A DNA stretch of 63,739 nucleotides, filler included, from Halocafeteria seosinensis (Eukaryota), in the NCBI GenBank assembly GCA_001687465.1. It is 6 parts of 6 records of this genome, joined end to end, with 100 filler letters (N's around TTAATTAATTAA, not from the genome) between each part and the next. Parts side by side here need not be neighbours in the genome. Positions count along the whole stretch, not along the records: positions 1 to 3,030 come from LVLI01000137.1; positions 3,131 to 31,202 come from LVLI01000139.1; 4 more parts are not named here. The stretch is one strand, 5' to 3'. A program made the position numbers and the translations under genes. The notes below the pieces were generated by a model. The model had not been told where the DNA came from. It did not search any database and saw only the letters and a program-made list of their open reading frames with translations. Each line of letters begins with the position of its first letter. The first letter of the stretch is position 1. Positions 1-10,589 of the stretch are shown piece after piece.

Positions 1-3000
1 GGAAGGAAGAGATTGATAGAGTCCCTGTAAGTCCTTCGGGTACACCACTAACAAGCTCGGCTCAAAGGAAAAGATCCCGTTCCCCCTCCAAAACTGGAGT
101 AAATGAAGAAAGCAGCCAAGATAGAGCGAAAGTGACGTTTTCAAAGAAATCCTTGAACGATGTGCTACAGAAGAAGCCAACCATACTGAAGGAGTTTTGC
201 ATCGAAAAACTGAAGGGGGATAGATTGTCTACGTTTCTCGGTGATTACGTACGACACGGCTTGGCCAAACCAGGCATGTTGTCAGCGGCCTGCAAAAACA
301 AGCAAGATCGAAAGTACCTTTCGAAAGTGATTAATTTTGCCAGGAAAGACCCTGCTTCTCAAAAGTTTTTTGAATGCAGCAAATTGGACGTTTCAAAACG
401 TGAAGTAAAGGACCAAATTAATCTGCTTGCCGCAGAGACCCAGGAACGAGTCATGGCCAGACTAGCTGACCTAGAAAAGGAGATTCCAACAAACGAGAAG
501 AGCGAAGACGTCCATCGGAAGAAGAGAGAGAAAACAGGTCTCGTTTCAGCTGTAGCGAAAAGAATACCTTCTGACGATAAAGTAGTTCCTCGAAGGCAAG
601 CAAATTCCTTCTTTAACCTCGGTTCTTCACAGTCCGCTAGTGACCCGGAGCTATGCATCAATATTGACGTTGACCAAGGAAAACATACGAAACACCCGAA
701 TCCATACTCGCTCATCTCAGTTTGTCTTACCATCACCTAACAGTTCTTTCAGATTTTCATGGAAATGAGGGCCCTTCACATAATTATGCGTTTCTCGATG
801 CAACCAAAGCCTTTATTGTTTTCAATGTCAAGCATAAATCACATTTCTCCTTACATTGAAATGCAACTTCAACATGTGTTCGACGCAATTAGGATCGTGA
901 ATGATAATGAAGCGCGGAATGAGCGGCAGTTTGACCTGGAATGTATCCCCTTGGAACTGTACAACGGGGTAGGATAAACAAATCGTATCCTCTTCAACAG
1001 GAACTGTTCCGTCGAGACAAACGTCTGAGCACTCAACAACATTGATGGCATGGTAAGCCAGTTTATTGCTCCAGTAGAAACGATAAATGGCTGCGTTTAA
1101 CTGCCAGCGGACCCGATGGCGTTGTCCAATGTGGATGCGGAATTCCACATTGATGCCAGGAATTGAGCAATTGGAGCTTTCTAGTTTGGAGGACGTGAGC
1201 TTCTGTAGCTAAGATACGACTTCTCAGCAAACATATGCTTGTTCGAATGGCCTCAATGACAGATGCCTGCTACTCATCCTCATTCACTCGCTCGTTGATA
1301 CTAATCGTTGGATCATGAAATCTGTTTTCCGTTTGAAATCTGGCCGGACGCAATCACTTTTTCATCCTTGATAAACCGCGAGTGACCAAACATTTGTCGT
1401 CACTATCCAGTCCCCACAGTTGTATATTCATCCAATGATTGAAAAGCGGCGTTACATGCACACCCGTGTTATAGTGGACTCGGCTCCACATCGGCCGGGT
1501 TGCGCACTGTGCATCGAAGTGCATCTGTCCCACAACGTTTATCGTTCTTGGCCGATAGTGTGTACTGCAGTAAGATTCCCTACATGATTCCAACGACGGC
1601 AAGAATGTCAATGCACACTCCTTGCTAGTGTTGAGCAGACTAGACTATACTTTCATCTCCATCCATCCCGGACAGCAGTCCGGGAGCTACAGTTCCTTCG
1701 AAGTGAAGAATGCCAAGGGGGTCGAGAACACGATTTGCCGAGTGAGCAGGCACAGTGTCATCTTCTTCCATGCCAAACGTCGCTAGTAATCCTGAAATGG
1801 CTGTGGCAGGGAGTTGTACATGGGTACAACCAGTGTGGAGTCTCATGCTGCCGCACGCCGGCGCAGCCGAGGGAACGCGGGACTCTCGCTCACCCTGACA
1901 AGGAGTTTCGCTTCTGAGGACAGAACCCCATCGGGTTTGAGCAAACACTTTGAGACTGTCCGAGTATACTCAGATCAGATGAGCGAAGTGCAACCAGTGA
2001 GATTTGCAAGAATGAATACATTCCACCGTACAACCTGAGGACAGACGAATCCTTCTGGACGAAGCTATTGCTGGCAAGCGCAAGTGCCGTTGATCAGACT
2101 CCGATAAGCCAATGGGTGTAGAACTACCACCGAGTTCTGGGCACCTTCGTCGTCAACAAGCGGCGATGTAGGTAGCGTCCTGGAATCATCGAAAGTTAGT
2201 TGTTGTGGCTTGGTTTGGTCAGAAAGATATGACCCATTCCTGCTAAGAGGAACATATGGTGCACGTTCCTCCGAATGAACCTAATGAAGGCCCTATAAGA
2301 AGAGGACAAGGTAACGATGCAATGACATTGGGACTTCTCTCATTGAGCTTGCACCCATATAACAAGTCTGCAGTCTACTCTCCTCCAAATCCCAGGCTCA
2401 ACTAGCTCCCTGGCTTATTCAAGGGTCTTCGACCGAGCGATCTCCACAACCAGCGGTCTCAACTGCACAGTAAAAGCTCACTTGAAAACGAAACAGGCCA
2501 AGTATTACATTGTAAACACCGTACATAGGTAGACTCGTTCTGGTTGCAGTCCAGCCTGTCAAGGCACGGCAAAAATCTGCGCAGAAGTACCCGTAGGTTC
2601 ACAGAAGATAGCGAAAGCGACGCGCCAAAACAATACACGACTACACCGACGGGCGAGACTAGCGCGCCAAAATTATCCTAGAGACTTTTGCTGTTTTACT
2701 TGTAGTTTCTTGAAACGAAAAACAGGACGAAAATCTCCGTTTTCTGTTGTTTCCGCTACTGTTCACCATGGGCGCGTAGCTTCAATGCACAGGCCCAAAA
2801 AATGATTTTGCTTTCGTAGGAGGGTGCGTGCTTCAACCGCAGGAGCGTCGCAAACTTCCCCGTTCCCTGTGTCCCATACACTTTAGAATTCTAGTTAGAA
2901 AGACACACCAGGCAATAAAGTAGCAAGTTTTAAAACGTATGTAACGGGGGATTTTCGCTTCGTCGGGTCAACAATGCATAAGAGGAGATCACAGCGATTG

Positions 3001-3281
3001 GATACGCTGCGACCTCCCGTGCGGTCAACANNNNNNNNNNNNNNNNNNNNNNNNNNNNNNNNNNNNNNNNNNNNTTAATTAATTAANNNNNNNNNNNNNN
3101 NNNNNNNNNNNNNNNNNNNNNNNNNNNNNNGTACCGGCCTTGCCAGTGTGACCACCCTGACAAGACACTCTGATGTGTCCGCCCGAACCTTTGGCCTGTC
3201 TCTCTATCGTACAAAAGTCAGATGTACGATTTTCTTGGGTGGCGACCGGAAGGTATAAAATTTTTTTTGGAATAGAGATAT

Positions 3282-3773
3282 ATGAACGTGGAAGATACAA
3301 ACGTAATACATGTGGATAATTTTGGAACGGTTGGCGACGGACACACCGACGATGCTCCGGCAATTCAAAGGGCATTAAATTCCCTACCGTCTAATAGGGG
3401 TTTTAAACTAATGTTTGGCTCAAAAAAATATTATATATCCCATCCACTTTATATCACGGCAGATGGTGTTGAAATAAATGGTGGTAGAATTCTAAGAAAA
3501 GAGGGGAACAAACCATATCTAACATGCTTGGGAAACAAATGTAAAATTTTGAATTTATTGTTAGAGACATACGAGGAAGAACCGACCCTTCCACGGCGGA
3601 TATGGAATTACGTGAAAGGCAAATACCGTACATTACAAGATAAAATAACGCCAACACAAGACGTTGAATATGAGGATGATGATAGTCAGAGCGAATGTGA
3701 TTGTGGCAGGGATAGTCAGAGCGAATGTGAATGCGATTGTGATTGTGATAGCCAGAGTGAATATGGCGACTAA
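3282..3773 (+). CDS. Short protein with a pectate-lyase-3/beta-helix N-terminal cap and an acidic Cys/Asp repeat tail
   Basis: VDNFGTVGDGHTDDAPAIQRALNSL is the typical FGAxGDGxTDDxxAIQxA start of tailspike beta-helices. The tail has repeated DSQSECDC. Confidence 0.6.
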   Translation: MNVEDTNVIHVDNFGTVGDGHTDDAPAIQRALNSLPSNRGFKLMFGSKKYYISHPLYITADGVEINGGRILRKEGNKPYLTCLGNKCKILNLLLETYEEEPTLPRRIWNYVKGKYRTLQDKITPTQDVEYEDDDSQSECDCGRDSQSECECDCDCDSQSEYGD

Positions 3774-3795
3774 AACGGGATGGGTATATATAGAA

Positions 3796-4191
3796 ATGGA
3801 TCAAGAGTTATGGAAGAAATTAGAACAGGTACAAGACGAGCAGGAATTCTATCAAAAGAGCGGGACTCTTTCGCTATACAAAAACCCATGGGAAGATATC
3901 GCCCCATCTCTTGTAGGGTATTTCCCTTGGCCAAATGGCCGACTCAATTACAATCAGGTAATGGCCAATTATCCCCACTTTCAAGGGACAATTGTGATAC
4001 CACCATCGCCGTTTTTAACAGAAGATATTGTCCGGCAACGCCATCCGGTCAAACAGGTGGAAACCCTTCGTGTTCATTGCCCAACCTGTCAAACAAGGGA
4101 TATCATCCCTCAGCAAGTCTGTGACAATACGGAACACCACGTATGTCGGCAATGTCGTCCTATGTTGGAAACATGCCCTTTATGTTTTTGA
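3796..4191 (+). CDS. C-terminal RING-like zinc-finger protein
   Basis: CPTC..C....HHVCRQC......CPLC spacing. Start moved from 3664 to the ATG at 3796, which follows TATATAGAA. Confidence 0.55.
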   Translation: MDQELWKKLEQVQDEQEFYQKSGTLSLYKNPWEDIAPSLVGYFPWPNGRLNYNQVMANYPHFQGTIVIPPSPFLTEDIVRQRHPVKQVETLRVHCPTCQTRDIIPQQVCDNTEHHVCRQCRPMLETCPLCF

Positions 4192-4217
4192 TTTTTTCGC
4201 CCCACCGAATATAGACC

Positions 4218-4442
4218 ATGGTGATGCGAACGAGTCTTCATGTTGCGTGTTTTAAAGTGACCTTTTTCCAAGGCGGAGGCGAGTCGAACCAGTTGTGCGA
4301 GGATGTCATCAGTTCTCAAAGCGAATTGGAGGAATTTCAGAATTTGTGCGAAGATCTAGCCGAACAGGACGTGGATGACTGTGATTTTAGTTACGAACTC
4401 TACTTTGAGATCATATGCTTTTGTGGATCTTCAACCGCCTAA
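4218..4442 (+). CDS. Small acidic hypothetical protein
   Basis: 74-aa ORF preceded by AATATAGACC, filling the space between neighbouring genes. Confidence 0.45.
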   Translation: MVMRTSLHVACFKVTFFQGGGESNQLCEDVISSQSELEEFQNLCEDLAEQDVDDCDFSYELYFEIICFCGSSTA

Positions 4443-4507
4443 GTTCTGGTGTATGTTCCCTGAGATTATTTCGGATAAAAATGTTTTACCCGAATGGTAT
4501 ATAGGAA

Positions 4508-5206
4508 ATGACAGATACAGAAGAATGTGCCCCACCATCACCTCTAAAGGTTTCCCTTCACGATCCCATAGGCCGTGATTTTATGATTCGGACGATCTAT
4601 AGAAAGCCCGATGATGGGTTGTTTTTCCGTGTCGATTTAAAAGACCCTGATGATAGGGAGTTAAGATTAACCGACGAGATGGAGAATGAGATGTATGAAT
4701 CAATCAGACGAATACAAGTACGGCGTCGGTTTCGGTTTGATGATCTCTGTTGTGTTTTCTATCATCCTACCTACCATGTGTTTGTTGTAATGGAAAATCA
4801 TACCATCTACAACCACCTTACATTCACACTTAAAGATCTTGGCTTCCTTGATGTAACAAAAGAACCAGCCGGTGATTTGAAATATTTTTTGATTATGGCG
4901 ATGATTCTACCACGGAAAGAATATTATTTTGACACTGGAAAAGACCCTTCATTTATGGATCTAATGAATCATTCCAAATACCGTGACAGACTATTTCAGT
5001 CTTTTTTGGAACAAAACAATCAGACAGATGATGAATGCCCTTTTTATTGCTATGATGTCTATTGTTTCACGGATCATTTTCGTTATCAAGAATGTAAGCC
5101 ATCAGATGGTCACGATTCCATTTTGAGACGCACTGTGACAGCAAACCACCATTGTCCCAGATGGTTACGAGGTATGATGATGGCCTTGTGGGAGATTTGT
5201 ATGTAA
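4508..5206 (+). CDS. Hypothetical viral protein
   Basis: 232-aa ORF with TATATAGGAA directly upstream of the ATG. No recognised motif. Confidence 0.65.
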   Translation: MTDTEECAPPSPLKVSLHDPIGRDFMIRTIYRKPDDGLFFRVDLKDPDDRELRLTDEMENEMYESIRRIQVRRRFRFDDLCCVFYHPTYHVFVVMENHTIYNHLTFTLKDLGFLDVTKEPAGDLKYFLIMAMILPRKEYYFDTGKDPSFMDLMNHSKYRDRLFQSFLEQNNQTDDECPFYCYDVYCFTDHFRYQECKPSDGHDSILRRTVTANHHCPRWLRGMMMALWEICM

Positions 5207-5238
5207 TAAAAAATTTATGATTCATCCCAATATATAGG

Positions 5239-5616
5239 ATGAGTCACCAACCCACAATACTAGAGGAAGACCTGACCAAAATCAGCCGAGAGACCCTCTT
5301 AAAAGAGGCGACATATCAGGACAATGACACCCTAGGCAAGATAATCCTTAAATTGCGGGATTCCATCGGCCGAGACACGCCGGAAATCCAAGAGCGAATC
5401 AACAAAGTGTATGATATTTTTATCAAACGCAAACTAGCGTATCTATTGGAACAGATCCAAGAGGACAATCCACAGATGGTAAAGAAAGCCATTGAAAACA
5501 ACAAGATGTCCCTCCCGTCCGAATATATGGATGGGGTCGCCGACGACACCCAAAAGCAGATTGATAAATTGATTTCTTCCTATGGCCAGAAAGAAAAGAA
5601 AGAAAAGAAAAAATGA
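5239..5616 (+). CDS. Hypothetical helical protein with Lys-rich C-terminus
   Basis: 125-aa ORF with TATATAGG directly upstream of the ATG. Confidence 0.65.
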   Translation: MSHQPTILEEDLTKISRETLLKEATYQDNDTLGKIILKLRDSIGRDTPEIQERINKVYDIFIKRKLAYLLEQIQEDNPQMVKKAIENNKMSLPSEYMDGVADDTQKQIDKLISSYGQKEKKEKKK

Positions 5617-5647
5617 TTGAAAATATATGATGGTTTCATATATTTTT

Positions 5648-6265
5648 TTATGATCCCAAATCGGGCAAATAGACTTTGAAATGGTGATCCAAATATTCCA
5701 ACCGTTTCGCTTCAACCATACCACCCCTCCATCCAATCTCGGTATGATTGGGCAAATCCCTATGATGAAGGTTTTCATAATAAAGCGAATAATGATCCGG
5801 ATCAGTACCGGTATCCCCGTGGATATCAGCATCCGTCAAATACTGGTCTGGAATCAAAGAAACGCCATCACACTCCGTATTCACTTTACGCATATCCACC
5901 GCACCATATTCATCGAGCGGATGCCAAGTAACACCACCTTTCACACCAAACGAACAAACCTTGACCTCCACAGGCGATTCATCGTATTTAAAATCTGTGG
6001 ATAGGTCATGTAGTTGCCACATGGGGCAACCATTTCTGCAATAGCCTGTGAATTCCACATCATGTTTCGCCGGTTGAAACAAATACGACAAAGAGACATA
6101 CTGTCCTCTATAGTCCCGCCCATGAAGACAAACATCCCACGCATTGCGGTGGAACGAATAGACGGTGACTTGATCCCCCACATCCATCTGGCGTAGGCGA
6201 CCCATATTCAGACAGATCGGACTGACTTCCTCCGGAACATCATGAGGGTGGTCAATGTATTTCAT
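5648..6265 (-). CDS. Hypothetical viral protein
   Basis: Start reassigned to MKYIDHP (ATG at 6265), preceded on the minus strand by GTATATAGA. Confidence 0.6.
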   Translation of the reverse strand: MKYIDHPHDVPEEVSPICLNMGRLRQMDVGDQVTVYSFHRNAWDVCLHGRDYRGQYVSLSYLFQPAKHDVEFTGYCRNGCPMWQLHDLSTDFKYDESPVEVKVCSFGVKGGVTWHPLDEYGAVDMRKVNTECDGVSLIPDQYLTDADIHGDTGTDPDHYSLYYENLHHRDLPNHTEIGWRGGMVEAKRLEYLDHHFKVYLPDLGS

Positions 6266-6312
6266 TCTATATACTGAATGTATATAAAAAATTTCTAACC
6301 CACTAGTATAAA

Positions 6313-6690
6313 ATGGAATTTTTTTCAAGACATCTTCCGCCTCAGATCAGTTTCGTAGCGAAGCCAAAAAAACCTAAACCTATGGCTTGTATGTGTTGTG
6401 GGACTCTATTTCATCCCGACTGTTTGCGTCGTATTCTTGTCAAACGCCTAGTCAGATATGATGGTACAGATATAGATTCCGAAACGGGTGATGAGATAGA
6501 AGTACATGAAGAATATGAAGAAGAGGATATGAGCCTTCCGTTTTGCCAACACTGCCATCCTTATGTTTTAGACAACGAAGTCGCATTCGTTGAGACAGAT
6601 GAGGATGGCGACCCCGTGTATAAACCAAAAGACAACACCACTATAGCATGGCCTGAATTCTCGCTTGTGAAGGTAGGGTTGATAGACTGA
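6313..6690 (+). CDS. Hypothetical protein with two CxxC pairs flanking an acidic stretch (possible zinc ribbon)
   Basis: CMCC...CQHC. The start may be the internal MAC ATG. Confidence 0.5.
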   Translation: MEFFSRHLPPQISFVAKPKKPKPMACMCCGTLFHPDCLRRILVKRLVRYDGTDIDSETGDEIEVHEEYEEEDMSLPFCQHCHPYVLDNEVAFVETDEDGDPVYKPKDNTTIAWPEFSLVKVGLID

Positions 6691-6766
6691 GTTCTAAGTT
6701 TCCTTATGGTTTTTCGTAAAACCACTTAGAAAAAAAACTGATTGTACGATTATAGGAAGTACGATC

Positions 6767-7768
6767 ATGGAAGAGCAAATCAAAAACAAACTATGCGAAG
6801 GGCGAAAACCGCAATCTGGGAAGCAATATTTCTACAAGGTCAGAAAAGTCGTGTCAGAGGTACTCAACGACCAATGGGGCGACTCCTTTGACGAGTTGGT
6901 GGATCTCTTATACAACAAACGCAACGAGGTATGTGTCTGGATTCAGGTCAATACATCGGATAACACGGTCGCCACCTTCTTCCGCTCCGTTTTGGTGGCG
7001 GTGGAAATCATCAAAGCCAACTGTTCCGACGACAAACAAGAGAAAATTGAAATGGTACTAGATTTGATTCGCAAGTTCTATTTCAAAGCCAAGGGAACGG
7101 AATCCAACGCCAATGAATACCGAGAGCCCACCGACGAAGAGATCCGAAATCGGATTTTGCCCAAGGATCTGATCAACAAATTTGAAGAACTCAAGAAGAA
7201 CCTCAAACAGCGTGAAAGTGACAATAAGCCATTCAAGTTGGTCAAATGGAAACAATACGTGGTCATCGCCATATACCGTTTCTTACCGCCCATCCGTGGG
7301 CAGGAAATCTTTACGCTTCGGATCAGTTCCAATGGCGATTATCCAAGCACCGGCAATTGGCTGGATTTGAAAAATTGGCAAATCGTCTGCCGAGATCATA
7401 AAACGAGCAACAGTTACGGAACACATACCGTGGATATCCACAATCGGGAACTCCAATACATCATCCGAAACTATCTGAAGAAAGCCGGTTTGGGAGATGG
7501 CGATTTGTTCATGCCCAAGTCTCTGAACAAGAAAGAGACACCCCACAACAGCCGGTGGTTTTCGGACACACTCAAAGCGACCATCGGATGTGGCACACAG
7601 ATGTTACGACAGACCTATGTCGCTTTGTTTCTAGAGGATCTGGAACAACGCAAAGTCAATAAAGAGGTCGATCAGAGTTTCGTCAATCAGAAACGAAAGG
7701 AAATCGCCACCATAATGGGTCATTCGGTGGGTACCCAAGAGACTGTATATTCCAAATTCCGTGAATAA
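6767..7768 (+). CDS. Tyrosine recombinase/integrase
   Basis: Catalytic motifs in order: PPIRGQE (R), DHKT (K), MLRQTY (xxR), MGHS (H), ETVYSK (Y). Confidence 0.88.
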   Translation: MEEQIKNKLCEGRKPQSGKQYFYKVRKVVSEVLNDQWGDSFDELVDLLYNKRNEVCVWIQVNTSDNTVATFFRSVLVAVEIIKANCSDDKQEKIEMVLDLIRKFYFKAKGTESNANEYREPTDEEIRNRILPKDLINKFEELKKNLKQRESDNKPFKLVKWKQYVVIAIYRFLPPIRGQEIFTLRISSNGDYPSTGNWLDLKNWQIVCRDHKTSNSYGTHTVDIHNRELQYIIRNYLKKAGLGDGDLFMPKSLNKKETPHNSRWFSDTLKATIGCGTQMLRQTYVALFLEDLEQRKVNKEVDQSFVNQKRKEIATIMGHSVGTQETVYSKFRE

Positions 7769-7798
7769 GCCGAACATAATAATGACTTTGTTTCATTA

Positions 7799-8278
7799 TT
7801 ACAGCGGACTGCCACAGGTTTCACAGGGAAGCAAATCATAATTGATATACCGACCATTGAACAAACGACAATGGCGGTATTTGGCACCACAGTTTTTACA
7901 TGGGTTGGGGTGTGGGGATGTTCCCACATGACATTCCATAGCGAAATGTTGATTAGAACCACAATAGAAGCAACTTTGGGCAATGGATCGTAAGGTATGC
8001 TTGGCTCGTTGCCGATCAAAATCGGACAGAAAAATGGTACAAAATGACCCACCACGGACGTTATCAATTCCATGTTCGGCCATGTAGCGTAAGGTCATGT
8101 TTTCTTCGTCAAAATAATCGCCCTCAAAGGTTTCTTCATGACACACCGGCGTATAATAATGTGTCCAAGCCGACCCCGTGCCTTCAAAGTGCTTATCTAG
8201 TCGTTTTTCCATGGTTTGCCGATCTTTGGAATAGCCGACATAGTATTTGTCTTCCACGAGTCGTAAGACGTAAATCAT
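7799..8278 (-). CDS. GIY-YIG nuclease with C-terminal zinc knuckle
   Basis: MIYVLRLVEDKYYVG...RLDKH...SAWT...DEE..TLRYM...GIDNVRGG, then CFYCGSNQHFAMEC (CCHC). The start at 8278 follows TATAGAAGA. Confidence 0.85.
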   Translation of the reverse strand: MIYVLRLVEDKYYVGYSKDRQTMEKRLDKHFEGTGSAWTHYYTPVCHEETFEGDYFDEENMTLRYMAEHGIDNVRGGSFCTIFLSDFDRQRAKHTLRSIAQSCFYCGSNQHFAMECHVGTSPHPNPCKNCGAKYRHCRLFNGRYINYDLLPCETCGSPL

Positions 8279-8340
8279 TCTTCTATAATCTATACAAACA
8301 TTTTGTGGGAAGAGACCCGAAACAAACAACATAGGACAAC

Positions 8341-8673
8341 TTAGGATTCGCTTTCCTGATACCTCTGACAGATCTTGGTCTTCTGATGATTGGGCAAATA
8401 CCAACCGGACACCGTCCGACCACAATACTGACAGGTTTGACGTCCCTTCTGGTGATAATACGCCCGAATCTTTTCGGCGTTGGAATCGTAAATCCGATCC
8501 CGACGGGGTTTCCGATAGCCAAAGCGACACAAATGCGTTTTCTTATGGTTATAGATTTGCGAACGGGTGATCATCCGGCCACAGTTGGTACATTCCACTT
8601 TCTCTTTCAATTTGTCAAGCACTTTGCTCCGATTGCGTTGATACCATGATGGTTTCGTCTCTTGATCATCCAT
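8341..8673 (-). CDS. Small protein with two C2HC zinc fingers
   Basis: CTNCGRMITRSQIYNHKKTHLC and CQYCGRTVSGWYLPNHQKTKIC. Confidence 0.75.
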   Translation of the reverse strand: MDDQETKPSWYQRNRSKVLDKLKEKVECTNCGRMITRSQIYNHKKTHLCRFGYRKPRRDRIYDSNAEKIRAYYHQKGRQTCQYCGRTVSGWYLPNHQKTKICQRYQESES

Positions 8674-8746
8674 TTCAGCCTATATATCGGGTTAGAACAA
8701 AAAAATATTGAAATGACTTTCCTGTTTTCATTTCAATAGATGGCCT

Positions 8747-10546
8747 TTACTTGAGACCGGTCAGTTTGCTAACGGCTGCATCGGCTCCTTTATCAATGGC
8801 TTTCTTGGCGACTTTGTTTCCGACCTTGGAGACACCATGACCCAGTTGTCCCAAGAGGTTTTTCTTCTTGCCACCCACCTTACGATCCGGTGGGACAGAT
8901 TCGTCCCAGATACGAGCATTATACACGTCGTTCTGTGTTAAGAAGCCCCAGAAGGTCTCGGACACGCCTTGGCTGTTGTACAAGAATTCTGAATCCAAGA
9001 GAATCACCTCTATTTCAATCTCATTGGGGGCTTGTCCCGTCTGATCGAAGATTTCCACAGTAAATTCCAAATTTGTATGGACCGACACACCAGAGGCCAG
9101 ACCGGCTTCCAGCGGAATGTCTTCTCCAAAATCGAACACCAATGGAGCGGACGTCAATGGAATACGGTTGCCTTGATGAGACAGCCCGACGCCACGGAAG
9201 GTGTCCCACGGGACGGGGATGTATTTCCTCACCGTACTAAAGATATCGCCCACATTGAAGGTATTTAGCAGGTTGGTCTGATTGCCCACTCGAATACTGA
9301 CCGATTCGGGGACGAAATGGTAATCAGCATCCTGTGGTTTCAGGTCTTGGCGACGAGGACGGATGGATACGATTCCCTTATCCGGAATACTACCGATCTG
9401 AATCTGATCGGAACGGACTGTACAACGGTTGTTTTGCCAATTGGGGGACACCGTTTTGGGATAGGAATCAAAGCGATACATCGGAAGGGTATTGACTTTA
9501 CTCTTCATGGAATCCGGCAAGAGATATGGCATCTCCATGGATTGATAGTGAAGTTGTGGGTTTACAAAGGGCGTGTTCGATCCACCATAATCTTCCGCCG
9601 TGACTTCAAGCGTAACATCCGAATCGCCAATCTTCCCACCATTCTGAGAATTACAGTTACGGATGAGTTTCGGATCGGTCACGGTATCCAGATTCAAGCG
9701 AAGTTGTTTGATGCCAAAAAGACCGGGCCCGTTATCCATGCCATTTTCTCCGTTGTATAACAGTGGGCTAATCCATGGTGTCGCTTCCAAATAATATTTG
9801 ACATAGATGGTAAAATAGTTATCCGGGTCCAAGCCACCAGCGTTGTCTAATTGAATTTGTGTCGCTTTGCCATTGACACCATTGACACCCTTGATGGTGA
9901 CGTTATTGTTGTTTCCAGTCGAATAACTATCTGGATCACCCAAGTCGGTTCCATCGGGTTTCGTAAAACCGACTGGCAAGAAAGCACCGTCAGGGACTTG
10001 CTGGGACTGTAAGGTCATACCATCATACCCCTGTAGAGGGCTACTGTTGGAATTACCGGCGTCATCGTAGTTCAAGATCCCCAAATCAATATTATTGGGA
10101 CCCGTGTATTTGTTGGCGTTACATTCCTCGTACATGGCAAGGTTCTGGGCTTGGAATTGCTGACTGAGGTCAACGGAAATTTGCTCGTTGTTGATGGTCA
10201 TCCGTGGGCTGTCCCACAGTCGGTTTAAAGCATGGTCTCGGAGAGCGAATGCGTTGGGCACAAAAATATTTCTATTCCTAGGCAAATTGGCATTCCTCAC
10301 ATAAACGGTCATCTTGTGAATATAATAGGTGGACAACCGCATATCACGGCGAATCAGAGTGTCATAACTGGGTGGATCCACTTGAAACTGAAGCCCACGC
10401 TTACTTGAACTCGTGGGATCGACGTCAAAGCCGTTATAATTGCGTACGCTGGAGGTGGTCTTATACTGCGGATCCATCGGCTTCGCTACCTGCGGGAAAT
10501 CTTGAAAAATGGTTGGCCTGAAGTTATCGTTCTGTATGAGTGACAT
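8747..10546 (-). CDS. Virophage major capsid protein (double jelly-roll)
   Basis: 599 aa, beta-rich. N-terminal QFQVDPPSYDTLIRR, FALRDHAL and QIGSIPDK resemble conserved virophage MCP blocks. Has a C-terminal diglycine plus basic tail and lies directly downstream of the penton gene. Confidence 0.88.
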   Translation of the reverse strand: MSLIQNDNFRPTIFQDFPQVAKPMDPQYKTTSSVRNYNGFDVDPTSSSKRGLQFQVDPPSYDTLIRRDMRLSTYYIHKMTVYVRNANLPRNRNIFVPNAFALRDHALNRLWDSPRMTINNEQISVDLSQQFQAQNLAMYEECNANKYTGPNNIDLGILNYDDAGNSNSSPLQGYDGMTLQSQQVPDGAFLPVGFTKPDGTDLGDPDSYSTGNNNNVTIKGVNGVNGKATQIQLDNAGGLDPDNYFTIYVKYYLEATPWISPLLYNGENGMDNGPGLFGIKQLRLNLDTVTDPKLIRNCNSQNGGKIGDSDVTLEVTAEDYGGSNTPFVNPQLHYQSMEMPYLLPDSMKSKVNTLPMYRFDSYPKTVSPNWQNNRCTVRSDQIQIGSIPDKGIVSIRPRRQDLKPQDADYHFVPESVSIRVGNQTNLLNTFNVGDIFSTVRKYIPVPWDTFRGVGLSHQGNRIPLTSAPLVFDFGEDIPLEAGLASGVSVHTNLEFTVEIFDQTGQAPNEIEIEVILLDSEFLYNSQGVSETFWGFLTQNDVYNARIWDESVPPDRKVGGKKKNLLGQLGHGVSKVGNKVAKKAIDKGADAAVSKLTGLK

Positions 10547-10589
10547 CTTTCTCTATATACACAGAGAAAAAAAATCCTATACATTTTCC

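Noticed and set aside
132..2600. ORF 132-740 and Cys/His-containing minus-strand fragments
   Set aside because: No recognisable domain and the exon structure could not be resolved by eye.
3031..3130. TTAATTAATTAA palindrome inside N runs (five occurrences)
   Set aside because: Identical 100-bp spacer with stops in all six frames: an artificial contig linker. ORFs running into it are artefacts.
8279..8530. N-terminal extensions in the ORF track (7799-8530, 3664-4191, 5648-6328, 15436-16677)
   Set aside because: They overlap neighbouring genes or the palindrome. Internal ATGs preceded by the TATAG/TATATA leader fit better.
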